A stretch of 64,000 bases of DNA, taken from assembly GCA_031281555.1 (NCBI GenBank), contig JAITFK010000023.1, positions 444 through 64,443 of the forward strand, written 5' to 3'. Below, piece by piece: positions 1-10,472 of the stretch (the first letter of the stretch is position 1; every line of letters starts with the position of its first letter). The notes beneath the pieces were generated by a model. The model searched no databases. It was not told the DNA's origin and worked only from the letters and a program-made list of their open reading frames with translations. The stretch comes from Treponema sp. (lineage in GTDB: Bacteria; Spirochaetota; Spirochaetia; Treponematales; Breznakiellaceae). The position numbers and the translations under genes were made by a program.

Positions 1-669
1 GCTGAAATAACGTGCAATATTCTTGCCATAGGTTTTGCCCCGTTTATTATGCAGTTTGCCATGAGCCTGGTCGGTGTTTTACAGAACGCCACAATTTTGA
101 AATACGGCGGAGACGAGGCGCTTACCGCCATGACAAGTTCCTTCAGTATGCTTATCGTTATCATTATGCCGCTCATGGGAATAGGACAAGGCGCGCAGCC
201 GATTATCGGTTATAACTACGGTGCGAAACAATACGACCGTGTAAAAAAATGCTACAAGCTGGCTCTTATCGCCTGCACCGGATTTCTTACCGCAGGCTTT
301 CTCGCGGCGCAATTAGTCCCCGGATTTTTCTTTTCGCTGTTCAGCAAAGATACCGGTTCCCTACGCGGTCTTGGAATACTGACCATACGGATAACTACCG
401 GCATGTTTCCCATTATAGGGCTGCAGATGATGAGCGGACAGCTTTTTCAAGCGATTGGGAAACCCGTTCAGGCGGCCATTTTAAGCCTTTCCCGGCAAAT
501 CCTCTTTTTTATTCCGATGATTTTATTTTTACCCGTTCTGTTTAAAGCCATCGGCCTTCGACCAATTTACGGCGTATATTGCACTTTCCCCCTATCCGAT
601 TTTTGCTCCACGATTATATCGGGAATATTTATCTACAGGCAGTTCAGGATGTGGAAAAATAACTTTTAG
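1..669 (+). CDS. MATE family efflux transporter (5'-truncated by window edge)
   Basis: Frame 1 is open from base 1; MATE/MepA-like motifs GIGQGAQPIIGYNYGAK and FQAIGKP..A.ILSLSRQ; multiple TM helices. Confidence 0.9.
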   Translation, partial: AEITCNILAIGFAPFIMQFAMSLVGVLQNATILKYGGDEALTAMTSSFSMLIVIIMPLMGIGQGAQPIIGYNYGAKQYDRVKKCYKLALIACTGFLTAGFLAAQLVPGFFFSLFSKDTGSLRGLGILTIRITTGMFPIIGLQMMSGQLFQAIGKPVQAAILSLSRQILFFIPMILFLPVLFKAIGLRPIYGVYCTFPLSDFCSTIISGIFIYRQFRMWKNNF

Positions 670-837
670 AGAATATAAGGGACACACCGGGCGGCGGCGC
701 GGAGCGCCTAACACCAAAATTCAGCCTGTGTTCTTTATAAAGATTTTCTGATTTTATAAACTTTAATTCTCACAAAATTTGCATTGGGTTTATTACGGCG
801 GCAAAAACAGCCGAAAATTTGCATAAGGGGACATATC

Positions 838-1212
838 ATGATTTATTTCGGCTTTGTACTGGCAATAGCCATTATGGGCGGGACAATTTATATGGCGTTT
901 GATAAAAAGTCCGATTCTCTTACCCGTTTGGCAAGCCTAATAGCGCTCGGCGTCATGCTGCTGACGGTAATTATCTGCCTTTTTATCGCCCTTACCAATG
1001 ACACCGTCCCCGTTGATGATTCTTTAATAATCGTCGGAGCCCCTGTAGTAACCAAAAAAGACATCAGCGGCAATATAATGCCGCTTGTTCTGTCGGTTAT
1101 TTTGATAATTGTGCTTTACGTGGTGATTTTCATCGTTTCGCTTAAAGACCAAAAGAAGAATGCGCCGAAGAAGAAAACCGAAAAAGCAAATACTGAGAAG
1201 TTTGAGTTTTAA
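838..1212 (+). CDS. Hypothetical membrane protein (3 TM segments)
   Basis: ATG at 838 preceded by AAGGGG; hydrophobic segments and Lys-rich tail. Confidence 0.7.
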   Translation: MIYFGFVLAIAIMGGTIYMAFDKKSDSLTRLASLIALGVMLLTVIICLFIALTNDTVPVDDSLIIVGAPVVTKKDISGNIMPLVLSVILIIVLYVVIFIVSLKDQKKNAPKKKTEKANTEKFEF

Positions 1213-1240
1213 AAAAGTATGCGGCAGCTTACGCTTGTCT

Positions 1241-2281
1241 TTACTGCCTAAAAGTATTTTTAACGGCGGAAATGGCAGCAATTACTTTGTCGCACCATTC
1301 GTCAAATTCAGCGTCTTCCTGTTGTAGTTCTCTGTTAGAAAGAATATTTCTGATTGTCATTCTGATACCTTCGTCCATGCGTACTTTCGCGCTGAAGCCT
1401 GGCACAAGGCGTTTTAATTTGGTATTGTCAAAGATAACTGAGTTTGCTTTGTCCCCTGTAAGGCTTCCTTTTAAATCGTAAATGCCGCCCGAACATTCGT
1501 CCAGGAAATCGCTTGCTATATGCACGGCTTTAAGTTCAACGTTAAGCGTATCCGCTATAACCCTGTAGATTTGGTTCCATGTTACGCTTTCGTCCGAAGT
1601 TATGTGCACAGCTTCGCCGATGGCGTGGATGTTTCCCATTAGCCGCAAAAATGCGCAGGCAAAATCGCTGTTATGTGTAATTGTCCAAAGGCTGGTACCG
1701 TCTCCGTGTATGATAACAGGTTTGCCTTCTGTCATTCTTTTTAATACCTGCCAGCTTCCCTTTTTGCCGTGAACCCCGAGAGGGACGTTTCTTTCATCGT
1801 AAGTGTGGCTGGGACGGACAATGGTAATGGGGAAGGCGCTTTCACGGTATCTTTCGAGCAGGTATTCCTCGCAGGCGATTTTGTCTCTTGAATAGCGCCA
1901 GTAGGGATTAGCGAGCGGAGTGCTTTCCATAACAACGCAGGAAGAAAGAGGCTTTTGATACGCGGAGGCTGTGGAAATGAAGATAAATTGCCTGCAAAGG
2001 CCGTTAAAAATATTGAAATCTTTTTTGACGTGATCCGGGACAAAAGCGATGAAATCGGCGACAACATCGAAATATTTGTCTTTACCCAGCGTTTTTTCCA
2101 GTTTTGCCCTGATTACTGCTTCTTCTTCAGTTCTTATATCACATTGGATTTGGGTCACTCCTTTAAAATCATCCTTGCGGTTTCCCCGGTTAAGGTGAAA
2201 AACTTCCCACCCGAGTTCTACACCCAGTCTTGTAATCGCGCTTGATATTGTGCCTGTTCCGCCTATGAATAACGCTTTCAT
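1241..2281 (-). CDS. NAD-dependent epimerase/dehydratase (extended SDR)
   Basis: MKALFIGGTGTIS Rossmann motif, YSRDK (YxxxK); AAGGAG RBS before ATG at 2281. Confidence 0.9.
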   Translation of the reverse strand: MKALFIGGTGTISSAITRLGVELGWEVFHLNRGNRKDDFKGVTQIQCDIRTEEEAVIRAKLEKTLGKDKYFDVVADFIAFVPDHVKKDFNIFNGLCRQFIFISTASAYQKPLSSCVVMESTPLANPYWRYSRDKIACEEYLLERYRESAFPITIVRPSHTYDERNVPLGVHGKKGSWQVLKRMTEGKPVIIHGDGTSLWTITHNSDFACAFLRLMGNIHAIGEAVHITSDESVTWNQIYRVIADTLNVELKAVHIASDFLDECSGGIYDLKGSLTGDKANSVIFDNTKLKRLVPGFSAKVRMDEGIRMTIRNILSNRELQQEDAEFDEWCDKVIAAISAVKNTFRQ

Positions 2282-2306
2282 GGTTTTGCTCCTTTTTAGA
2301 GTATAT

Positions 2307-2345
2307 TGGAGTTGTTCTGAAACTTCAGTTTCTGAACAACTTCCA
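2307..2345. repeat. REP-like palindrome, copy 1
   Basis: GAGTTGTTCTGAAAC-TTCA-GTTTCTGAACAACTT, near-identical to 61873-61906. Confidence 0.8.
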
Positions 2346-2407
2346 TAAAAAAACATTATATCATACAGGGTTTAGACATTATGATTTTTATGCCATTATT
2401 TTAAATT

Positions 2408-3283
2408 ATGAAGTGCGGTTTTGTTACTATTGTAGGCCGTCCGTCCGCCGGAAAATCAACACTCCTTAACAAATTGTGCGGTGAGAAAGTCGCCATTACA
2501 AGCAGTGTGCCGCAGACAACACGCAACGCTATAAAGGGAATTGTCAACAGGGAACAGGGACAGCTTGTTTTTATTGATACTCCGGGACGGCATGTTTCCG
2601 AGAAAAAAATCAACAAGAAATTGATGGAAGTTTCTTCTCTCGCTCTGGAGGAATGCGATCTTGTCCTTTATGTTTTGGACGCTACACGCTCCCCCGGTAT
2701 CGAAGAAGAGGAGATAGCGTCTCTTTTGATTCCGCTCGCTGAAAAGACAATTGCCGCTGTCAATAAAATGGATGTTTCCGCTGCTGATTTTAACAGCGCC
2801 AAGGATTTTATCTCTTTAAAAATTCCCGCCGTAAAGGAAAGATGTTTCGCTGTATCAGCTAACACGGGGCAGGGTATTGACGCTCTTGTTTGCGAATTGT
2901 TTAACAAAGCGCCGGAGGGAGACGCCCATTACGGAGATGAATATTACACAGATCAGGATACAGGTTTCAGGATTGCGGAAATAATCAGGGAACAGGCGAT
3001 CAACCGGCTGCGTCAGGAACTGCCCCATTCGCTGTATGTTGATATCGCCGATATGGAATTGACAGGGACAAATCTTTGGGTAAGGGCGTTTATTATCGTA
3101 GAGCGTGAATCCCAAAAAGGCATGGTTGTAGGCAAGGGCGGCGAAATGATTAAGACAATCCGTCTTTCGGCGTTAAAAGAGTTAAAGAAGATTTTTGACT
3201 GGAAAATCGATCTTGACTTAAGAGTGAAAACAGGCAAGGACTGGCGCAGCCGTGATCATATACTGAAAAAGTTAATCAATTAG
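2408..3283 (+). CDS. era: GTPase Era
   Basis: GRPSAGKST, QTTR, DTPG, NKMD motifs and C-terminal KH domain (VVGKGGEMIK). Confidence 0.95.
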   Translation: MKCGFVTIVGRPSAGKSTLLNKLCGEKVAITSSVPQTTRNAIKGIVNREQGQLVFIDTPGRHVSEKKINKKLMEVSSLALEECDLVLYVLDATRSPGIEEEEIASLLIPLAEKTIAAVNKMDVSAADFNSAKDFISLKIPAVKERCFAVSANTGQGIDALVCELFNKAPEGDAHYGDEYYTDQDTGFRIAEIIREQAINRLRQELPHSLYVDIADMELTGTNLWVRAFIIVERESQKGMVVGKGGEMIKTIRLSALKELKKIFDWKIDLDLRVKTGKDWRSRDHILKKLIN

Positions 3284-3323
3284 TGTCTGTCCACAAAGTC
3301 GGTTACTTTGCGGACAGACATTA
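3281..3323. terminator. Hairpin between convergent era and thrH (terminator or REP-like)
   Basis: TAGTGTCTGTCCACAAAGT...ACTTTGCGGACAGACATTA inverted repeat. Confidence 0.6.
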
Positions 3324-3401
3324 TATTTTCTCGCCTAAAGGCTATGAAAATACGATTTTTAAAGTAGTCTTTCTATAATGTGTCCACATTATAGAAAGAC
3401 T

Positions 3402-4007
3402 CTAATTAGCCAGAAATCTGTCGATTTCCGCCATAAAGTCCTCGTAGGTATCAGTACATTTTATTTCAGCTTGTTCATTTCTGATTGCCTCAGGCGGACG
3501 GAACAGGCAGCCGCAGTCAGCTTCTTTAATCATCGCAAGGTCGTTGTAAGAATCCCCCGCTACGAATACTGTTAAGTTCATTTGTTTAAACGCCTTTACA
3601 GCTTCATATTTTCCGTTTTTCTGCCTGAGCCTGTAGTTTGTAATAGTTCCGTCATCTGCGGTTTCCAATGTATTGCAAAAAAGAACAGGCCAGGAAAGTT
3701 TTTTCATTAACGGTTTTGCGAACTGTTCAAAAGTATCGGAAAGAATAATTAACTGTGTCTTTTCCCGAAGGGTTGCTGTAAACTCTATCGCTCCTGGCAA
3801 GGGTTCAAGCGTCGAGATAACTTTTTGAATATCGGGAAGTTTCAAATTGCGGTTATGCAAAATATCAAGGCGAAACTTCATCAATTTGTTGTAATCGGGT
3901 TCGTCCCTTGTTGTTTTTCGCAATTCAGGGATTCCGGCGGCCTCGGAAAACGCTATCCAGATTTCGGGAACAAGCACTCCTTCAAGATCAAGGCATACAA
4001 TTTTCAT
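3402..4007 (-). CDS. thrH: Phosphoserine phosphatase / homoserine phosphotransferase ThrH (HAD)
   Basis: CLDLEGVLVPEIW, TTRDEPDY, GDSYND motifs. Confidence 0.92.
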   Translation of the reverse strand: MKIVCLDLEGVLVPEIWIAFSEAAGIPELRKTTRDEPDYNKLMKFRLDILHNRNLKLPDIQKVISTLEPLPGAIEFTATLREKTQLIILSDTFEQFAKPLMKKLSWPVLFCNTLETADDGTITNYRLRQKNGKYEAVKAFKQMNLTVFVAGDSYNDLAMIKEADCGCLFRPPEAIRNEQAEIKCTDTYEDFMAEIDRFLAN

Positions 4008-4062
4008 AATCGTAATGTAGCATGAGAAAAGAATGTTTTCCAGTATTATACTATAAATAGAT

Positions 4063-4833
4063 ATGACAAGCCTTGATATTCATAACCCGTTTGACGCGCC
4101 TGTTTATTATTTGGAAACTGTCGAAAGTACAATGGATGTATCGCACGAACTCGCGCAAAGGGGAGAGCCGCACGGGACTGTTATAGCCGCCGGTTTTCAA
4201 AAAAAAGGGCGAGGACGCGTTAACGGCAGGGTTTGGCTGACAGAGAAAAATGAGAACCTCTTGTTTACAATTTTACTGCGTTATCATTGTATTGAGAATA
4301 TTCATGCGGCTATTACATTGCGTGCCGGTATTGCCGTCTCCTATGCTGTCGAAAATTACGCTGAAAAATTGAATAGAACTGTTACGGTTAAATGGCCGAA
4401 TGATATTATGATTAGTAATAAAAAAGCAGCGGGAATTCTTTGCGAAGCCTCAAGCGAAGGTACTGTTCACATTGGTATCGGAGTGAATTTCGCTCAAAAA
4501 GAATTTCCTTCATCAATAGAAAAAAAAGCGACAAGTATTGCTGTTGCCGCAGGTATTGATATTGCCCCTCACGAAAGATTTGTCCTTCTGGAAAAGATAC
4601 TTGAGTCTTTTTACGGTGAACTTGCTGTAACACAGGAAAGCCTGAAATCAAGGCTGGAACAGCGTCTTTATAAAAAAAATGAAAAAGTTATCTTTATCGA
4701 AGGAGCAGCCGGTTCAGGTAAAGAAGTTACAGGCATCCTTTGCGGTATCACTGAAACCGGAGAACTGTTAATCAAAGCTGACGGAGAACAGGAAGAACGC
4801 TCATTTATAACAGGCGAATTAATATTAAATTAA
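4063..4833 (+). CDS. birA: Biotin--[acetyl-CoA-carboxylase] ligase
   Basis: STM, QKKGRGR...W, KWPND, KAAGIL, GIGVN motifs; no N-terminal HTH. Confidence 0.92.
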   Translation: MTSLDIHNPFDAPVYYLETVESTMDVSHELAQRGEPHGTVIAAGFQKKGRGRVNGRVWLTEKNENLLFTILLRYHCIENIHAAITLRAGIAVSYAVENYAEKLNRTVTVKWPNDIMISNKKAAGILCEASSEGTVHIGIGVNFAQKEFPSSIEKKATSIAVAAGIDIAPHERFVLLEKILESFYGELAVTQESLKSRLEQRLYKKNEKVIFIEGAAGSGKEVTGILCGITETGELLIKADGEQEERSFITGELILN

Positions 4834-6233
4834 CCAAAATATTCTTTCACGTTTTCAAAAGAAATATCACAGACAATTTTTTCCAGGCGCTTTTGGTCAT
4901 TGGGATACTCGCCTTTTTCTACCCAATTGCCTATTAAGTTGCATAAAATACGCCTGAAATATTCATGACGCGGATATGAAAGAAAACTGCGGCTGTCCGT
5001 TAACATTCCGATAAAAGAGGGAAGCATTCCAAGGTTCGCAAGGATACGAAGATGTTCTTCCATTCCGTCACGGTGATCGCAGAACCACCAAGCGCAGCCG
5101 AACTGCATTTTTCCTTTAATGTTCATGCCTTGAAAGCCTCCCATTATTGTCACGATGGGATAATAATCTTTGGGATTTAACGAATAAAGAATTGTTTTTG
5201 GAAGACCGTCAGAGCCTGCTTCAATGTGATCAAGAAGAGCCGCAAGATTTTTAGCGAGCATACAATCATTTACAGCGTCAAAGCCTGTATTAGGTCCTGC
5301 GCTTTTTAACATGTTTGTATTCGCATTACGAATAACGGAAAAATGGAGCTGCATCGCGATATTTTTTCTGGCGTAAAGATTTGCAAGTGAAATGAGTATT
5401 TGAGTTTTGTAAGCGTCAGCGTCCTGCGGAGAAACCTTTTTACCTGCAAGCGCTTGTTTAAAAGTTCTTTCTACGCGGCCTGCGTCTGTAATTGTAAATG
5501 GTACGTATTCAAGGCCGTGATCTGACGAGCGGCATCCATGCGCAATAAAAAAATCCATGCGTTTTTCAAGAGCGGCAAGTAAATCATCATTATTTTTAAT
5601 TGTTATTCCGCTTGCTCTTGAAAGCTCGTCAATATATTCTTTAAACCCCGTATTGTTTAGTTCCAGCGCCTTGTCGGGACGGAAAGAAGGTATTACCTTT
5701 GTCGCTATTTTTCCGATAGCCGCCGTTCCTTCAGCGATAGCCTTATGGTACTCAAGCGCATCGACAGGATCATCTGTTGTCCCAACTGCGTATATATTAA
5801 ATTTTTCAAAAATACCTTTTACGCTAAGCTGCGTCTGTTGAAGGAGTGTCTTTGCCTTTTCCCAGATTGAAGAAGCGCTTTCTTCTGTAAGCGGTTCATA
5901 AATACCGAAATAACGCTGAAGTTCAAGATGAGTCCAATGATAAAGCGGGTTGCCAATCAGGTTTTCAACTGTTCTTGTCCACGCAAGGAATTTTTCATAA
6001 CTGTCGGTTTTGCCTGTAATGTACTTTTCATCGATTCCAAAGGCGCGCATCATACGCCATTTATAGTGATCCCCGGAAAGCCATGCATCTGTTAAGTCAA
6101 TCAAGTTTATATTTTGGGCAATTTGGGCAGGCGAAAGATGGCAATGGTAATCAAAAACAGGTTTATTTCCCGCTATTTTATAAAGATTTCGCGCTGTTTC
6201 TGTTTCCAGTAAGAAAAATTCGTCCATGAACAT
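4830..6233 (-). CDS. uxaC: Glucuronate isomerase
   Basis: DYHCHL, DHYKWRMMR, GNPLYHWTHLEL, WWFCDH, GMLTDSRSFLSYPRHEYFRR. Confidence 0.96.
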   Translation of the reverse strand: MFMDEFFLLETETARNLYKIAGNKPVFDYHCHLSPAQIAQNINLIDLTDAWLSGDHYKWRMMRAFGIDEKYITGKTDSYEKFLAWTRTVENLIGNPLYHWTHLELQRYFGIYEPLTEESASSIWEKAKTLLQQTQLSVKGIFEKFNIYAVGTTDDPVDALEYHKAIAEGTAAIGKIATKVIPSFRPDKALELNNTGFKEYIDELSRASGITIKNNDDLLAALEKRMDFFIAHGCRSSDHGLEYVPFTITDAGRVERTFKQALAGKKVSPQDADAYKTQILISLANLYARKNIAMQLHFSVIRNANTNMLKSAGPNTGFDAVNDCMLAKNLAALLDHIEAGSDGLPKTILYSLNPKDYYPIVTIMGGFQGMNIKGKMQFGCAWWFCDHRDGMEEHLRILANLGMLPSFIGMLTDSRSFLSYPRHEYFRRILCNLIGNWVEKGEYPNDQKRLEKIVCDISFENVKEYFG

Positions 6234-6239
6234 AAAATT

Positions 6240-6268
6240 ATTATACCGGTTGTTATTATTTATCTCAA
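6240..6268 (-). promoter_or_regulatory. Sigma70 promoter of uxaC, probably leaderless
   Basis: Minus strand TTGAGA-17nt-TATAAT-6nt-ATG, no Shine-Dalgarno. Confidence 0.7.
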
Positions 6269-6311
6269 CTTTAATATAGATAATTCCTGTTTTTGCCGAA
6301 ATTTAATCTAG

Positions 6312-8456
6312 ATGCCTGTTAAATATTCCATTAAAACGAATATTTTTGTTCTCTTTGGCGGTCTTGTATGCGCCGCCGGAATGGTATTACTTACCAATTT
6401 CATTTTAGCTGGTCCCAAACTTGGTTTACATTATGATTTTCTTCTTAAGCGTAAACAACCGCCGCCTGTATCAGGCGAGATTTTGATAATTGAAACCGGT
6501 GACTATATTGAAAGCAGTGATATTTTCAACGTTTTAATAACGCTGACAGAGATGGATGCCGGAAACCTGATCATGACAGGAAAGGTATCCCCGTCTTCAT
6601 CGCCTGTAACAATTACCGAAGCTGAAATCAGGCAGCGTTTCATGGATGAATACATACTTATAAAAACAAATATCCGTAATTTATTTGACGCTATAAGGTT
6701 AGGTTCTGTTTCTCCTGTTAACGCTCCTGTTTATATAGACAGACTGATTGAGCTTACCGATCAGGGAAGAGACCGACTTCTTGCCGCATTGATCAACAGA
6801 GATGTGAATTTCCTTCGTTCTATCGCTGTTTTCGGTAATTACCTAGAAGTGGATACGGATCCTGTTTTGGATAAAGACGGAAAAGTAAGGCGTGTTTTAC
6901 CTATAGACCCAAAATCATTAACGGAACATTCCGTTTTTTTAAGTTTAAAAAACCGTTATGCAGCGTCTCAAATAGAGACTGTAGAGCAAGAGCAGATATT
7001 ATGGCTGCTTAATCATAACGGAACTGAACTTGATATTCCGCTGGACAGAAACGGAAATATTATTACTCCGTGGAATTGTAATTTCAGGCGAGTAGACATT
7101 TCGCTTTTTAAAGAATATGAAGAAGCTGAGCTTGCCATGCGTAGCGCTTTGACAAAAGCAAATGAATTGGGAGTTTTTTCCCAAACTCTGCCTGAAAAGT
7201 CGCCGCTTATCCTCGGCGATTTCGCGTTAATGTTCAGGGAAAAATTGCTTAATTCACCTGACGGTGAAAAGCGAAGCGCATGGATAGGAGAACGTGAAAA
7301 ATATTTTGAAAGTCTTGATGAATTTTTTAACAGCCGGGCGGAAGCTGATTTGGTAAAAGGATACAATGAGGTTATAGCGGATGAACCATTGTTAAAGGAA
7401 GAAGGACTTGCCGCCCTTGCAAGAATGCGCGATCAATTAATACAATCTTTTACGAATATGCGTGATGAATACAACAGACTTAACGCTGTTTATTTAAAAT
7501 TGAAAAAAGAGCTAGCCATGTCGTTTTGCGTATTGGGCCGCGGCGATAATGTCGAATATTCGGCTCTTCTCGCTAACGCTATAATTACGGGTAATCATGT
7601 AAAACCTGTACATGATCAGTATATTTTAATCTTTTCCGCCGCCGCCGCGTTTTTTATTCTATTTGTTATTTTTTATTTGCGTCCTTCAGTCCTGATAATT
7701 TTGGGTATAATTTTAAGCGCTCTGGCATCGCTTGTGTTCAGTTTACTTTTTATTTTTTACTCTTACTGGATTGATCCTGCAATTGTTTTTATTTCATCCG
7801 TTACAGGAACGCTTGTTATTTTTTATTTAAAGTGTGCTGTTAAAAGCTACAGGGCGCGCCGTTTCCGTGTGGCTTATGGTTCTTCAGTTTCTCAGGGTAT
7901 GCTTCAAGAACTGATATGTGAAGGGAAACCTCGTCTTTCCGATGTTATTGTTACAAATGCCGCCGTAGTTGCGATAAAAAATAATAATTTACTTACAAGT
8001 GAAGATCATGAAAAACCGCATGATGCAGGAAAAGCAAAAAAAACATTTTTTGCTCATGTAAAAAAGACTGTTTCGGATTACGGAGCCGTAATAGCGGGTT
8101 TTGAAGGAGATACGGTTCTTGTCTGTTTCGGTTCTCCGCTTGACAAATCTAGCGATCCTTTGAGCAGAGCCTGTTCAATGGTAACGGAATTGCTTAATGA
8201 CGAAAAGAAGTCTTGGAATTTCGGCATTGATGCCGGAGAGTGTACTTTTTACTGGATGCCGGAAACAGGCTACTCGGTAAACGGCAGACCTGCCGTCCGT
8301 GCGCGAGTGGCTTCGTCGAAAACAAGACGATTACAAGTACGCTCAATTGTAACAGAAACTGTTTGGCTCGATCTCAACTTAAGAGCAAAAAAACTCGGCT
8401 CCCTGTACGACGGCAGCGAAGCTATTTATGAATATCCTGTTGCAGGCAGCGGTTAA
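6312..8456 (+). CDS. Membrane protein with extracellular (CHASE2-like) region and degenerate class III nucleotide cyclase domain
   Basis: N-terminal TM, DKDGKVRR motif, three TMs, then FEGDTVLVCFGSP and FGIDAGE cyclase-like motifs. Confidence 0.6.
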   Translation: MPVKYSIKTNIFVLFGGLVCAAGMVLLTNFILAGPKLGLHYDFLLKRKQPPPVSGEILIIETGDYIESSDIFNVLITLTEMDAGNLIMTGKVSPSSSPVTITEAEIRQRFMDEYILIKTNIRNLFDAIRLGSVSPVNAPVYIDRLIELTDQGRDRLLAALINRDVNFLRSIAVFGNYLEVDTDPVLDKDGKVRRVLPIDPKSLTEHSVFLSLKNRYAASQIETVEQEQILWLLNHNGTELDIPLDRNGNIITPWNCNFRRVDISLFKEYEEAELAMRSALTKANELGVFSQTLPEKSPLILGDFALMFREKLLNSPDGEKRSAWIGEREKYFESLDEFFNSRAEADLVKGYNEVIADEPLLKEEGLAALARMRDQLIQSFTNMRDEYNRLNAVYLKLKKELAMSFCVLGRGDNVEYSALLANAIITGNHVKPVHDQYILIFSAAAAFFILFVIFYLRPSVLIILGIILSALASLVFSLLFIFYSYWIDPAIVFISSVTGTLVIFYLKCAVKSYRARRFRVAYGSSVSQGMLQELICEGKPRLSDVIVTNAAVVAIKNNNLLTSEDHEKPHDAGKAKKTFFAHVKKTVSDYGAVIAGFEGDTVLVCFGSPLDKSSDPLSRACSMVTELLNDEKKSWNFGIDAGECTFYWMPETGYSVNGRPAVRARVASSKTRRLQVRSIVTETVWLDLNLRAKKLGSLYDGSEAIYEYPVAGSG

Positions 8457-9055
8457 AGCTTGTTCTTGGGCTGAGTAACAACTTTTTTAATTTCGTTGTT
8501 CTGACCCATCCACATTCTCTGGTTTGTTTCGATACTGGTCATTTCCGCAGTAACAAAATATGTCCTAACAGTTTGATTCCCGTCTCTGTCTACAATTGTT
8601 CTTACCGCACCTGTGAGCATATAATCAGCGCCGGTTTCATTACGCAGTCTGGCCATAGTTGCCGCGCTTGCGTTGCTCTGTTGATCCTGCCTTTCTGCGC
8701 GAAGTTCATCTCTTACATCGCCGCCGGCGACAAAGTCAAGTTTCCCGGTGTTAAAGATTGTTGTTTCCATTGTTGATGAAATTATCGCTGTGTCTATATG
8801 CTCGCTGCTTTCGTTTCTGAACCTGCCGACAATCACCATTGGCGTTGAGCCTTTTGCCCTTATTGCCTGAGCAACTCTTGAGCTGTTAAGGCAATCCTTG
8901 ATAAGCGACTCGCATACAATTCTTACATCAACGTCATTCCAGTAACCGCTTAAATCAATCTGTTTACTAGAATCAACCCTTTTTACATTAGTTCCTGTTG
9001 AACAGGCGGAAAAAATTAAAATCATAATCCCCAAGAATAAAAACACTTTTTTCAT
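8453..9055 (-). CDS. LpoB-like lipoprotein (penicillin-binding protein activator family)
   Basis: Lipobox FSAC; DLSGYWND, NESSEHID, ETGADYML motifs. Confidence 0.75.
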   Translation of the reverse strand: MKKVFLFLGIMILIFSACSTGTNVKRVDSSKQIDLSGYWNDVDVRIVCESLIKDCLNSSRVAQAIRAKGSTPMVIVGRFRNESSEHIDTAIISSTMETTIFNTGKLDFVAGGDVRDELRAERQDQQSNASAATMARLRNETGADYMLTGAVRTIVDRDGNQTVRTYFVTAEMTSIETNQRMWMGQNNEIKKVVTQPKNKL

Positions 9056-9065
9056 GATTAATCCC

Positions 9066-10439
9066 CTATTTTAAATTTACAGACTCCAAAAGATTTAGTC
9101 CGTTTAATTTTACATTAACATCCATATATTCCGCGCTGGCTATTAAATTACTGCCATTGTAATAATTTATTATAACCGAATAAGTTCCTGGGTCAAGATT
9201 GACTCCTCCGATATATGCTTTACCCGGAAGGTAGCGTGACATTCTTGTGTCCGCGCCTTCGGATAATTCAAGCGCCGTTCTGGCTGCCGCCGCCACAAGA
9301 AAACCCGCCATATCACCCTGCTGTTTTACGGTTTCCATAGCGGCTATATCGGCTGCTGTATATTTTAAGATCGCGCGTATAAATGTTTTAAGAATGATAA
9401 TTGAAGAACGAGCGTTAAAAGTTTCTTCGACGACAGCGTTCATATCTTCAAGCAGTTCAAGGTTAAATTTGTTCCCGTTTACTATAGTTTCAATTCTGGT
9501 TATAAGGCTTGATCTTCTCTGCAATACGGGAAGTTTAAAATCAGCGATTCGCAGAATAGGATGCCTGAACGGAAGGTAAAAAACAATACGTGTTTCCTGT
9601 TTTACCGGGGACAATCCCGTAAAACTGATAATGTTAAGCCTTGCCTTTCCGGCGGGAACATTACGCGCGGCATCAACTGTTAAAGGAATTGGGTGCTTGT
9701 AAACATTACTGTTGGTAAATGCTCTTTGAAGCTGTTCAAACTCTATACGCGCGGCATCTGTATTTCCGGCGCTCTGATAAAAAAGCGCTCCCAGATAACG
9801 GGCAAGGGCGGAGTTGGAAAAGTTTACCTGTTTTCTGGCAGGTAACTCGCTTACACCGGTTTCGTTTTTTGCCATGTCATCAAGGCTCGCTCCGGTTTTA
9901 GGATCTTTATATTCATATTTACGCGAAAGCATTTCCAGTTTTCCGCTAGTACTGCTTAATTTACGTATTTCTACCAGAGCGCCTTCAATACTGCCCCTGT
10001 TAAAATAATTCAACGCGTTAAAAACGTTAATATAAATATCTTCAAAATCTTCGCCCGGGTAATTTTTGGTATTGTCGTTTAAAATAAAAGAAAAAAAACT
10101 TTCCGTAACGCTTTTGGTATACGCTTCTTCTATTAGTCGTTCCGCGAATTGCAGATCGTTTGAAGAGTTCGCGTAATTTCCCGAGTAATGTTCCAGAAGC
10201 CCCTTATCAAGGTAAAGAGATACGGCGTTTCTTTCAGAGTATATCGGCGTCTTTTCTTCCTGTCCGCGTACTATAGCGTCAATTGCCGTTGAAAAATTCG
10301 CTTGTTCGACGGCAATATCAATTTCTTTGAACCTGGCGGGAGTTGCCGCGCAGGAAAATAAAAAGAATATGAATGAAAAAATTAAGATTGATTTTTTGGA
10401 TAATCTTAAAAAAGTTTTTTTATCATCAGTTCTTGGCAT
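9066..10439 (-). CDS. COG3014-like TPR lipoprotein
   Basis: Lipobox LFSC; YPGEDFE, ALVEIRK, ADTR motifs; typical partner of LpoB-like genes. Confidence 0.65.
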   Translation of the reverse strand: MPRTDDKKTFLRLSKKSILIFSFIFFLFSCAATPARFKEIDIAVEQANFSTAIDAIVRGQEEKTPIYSERNAVSLYLDKGLLEHYSGNYANSSNDLQFAERLIEEAYTKSVTESFFSFILNDNTKNYPGEDFEDIYINVFNALNYFNRGSIEGALVEIRKLSSTSGKLEMLSRKYEYKDPKTGASLDDMAKNETGVSELPARKQVNFSNSALARYLGALFYQSAGNTDAARIEFEQLQRAFTNSNVYKHPIPLTVDAARNVPAGKARLNIISFTGLSPVKQETRIVFYLPFRHPILRIADFKLPVLQRRSSLITRIETIVNGNKFNLELLEDMNAVVEETFNARSSIIILKTFIRAILKYTAADIAAMETVKQQGDMAGFLVAAAARTALELSEGADTRMSRYLPGKAYIGGVNLDPGTYSVIINYYNGSNLIASAEYMDVNVKLNGLNLLESVNLK

Positions 10440-10472
10440 TGAGATGTGTAATTTTTTTCGATTTTATTTGTT

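Noticed and set aside
680-720. HDV-like ribozyme or integron attC site (hairpin followed by CTAACA)
   Set aside because: No P3/L3 or P2 partner for a ribozyme; no matching opposite core site or integrase for attC
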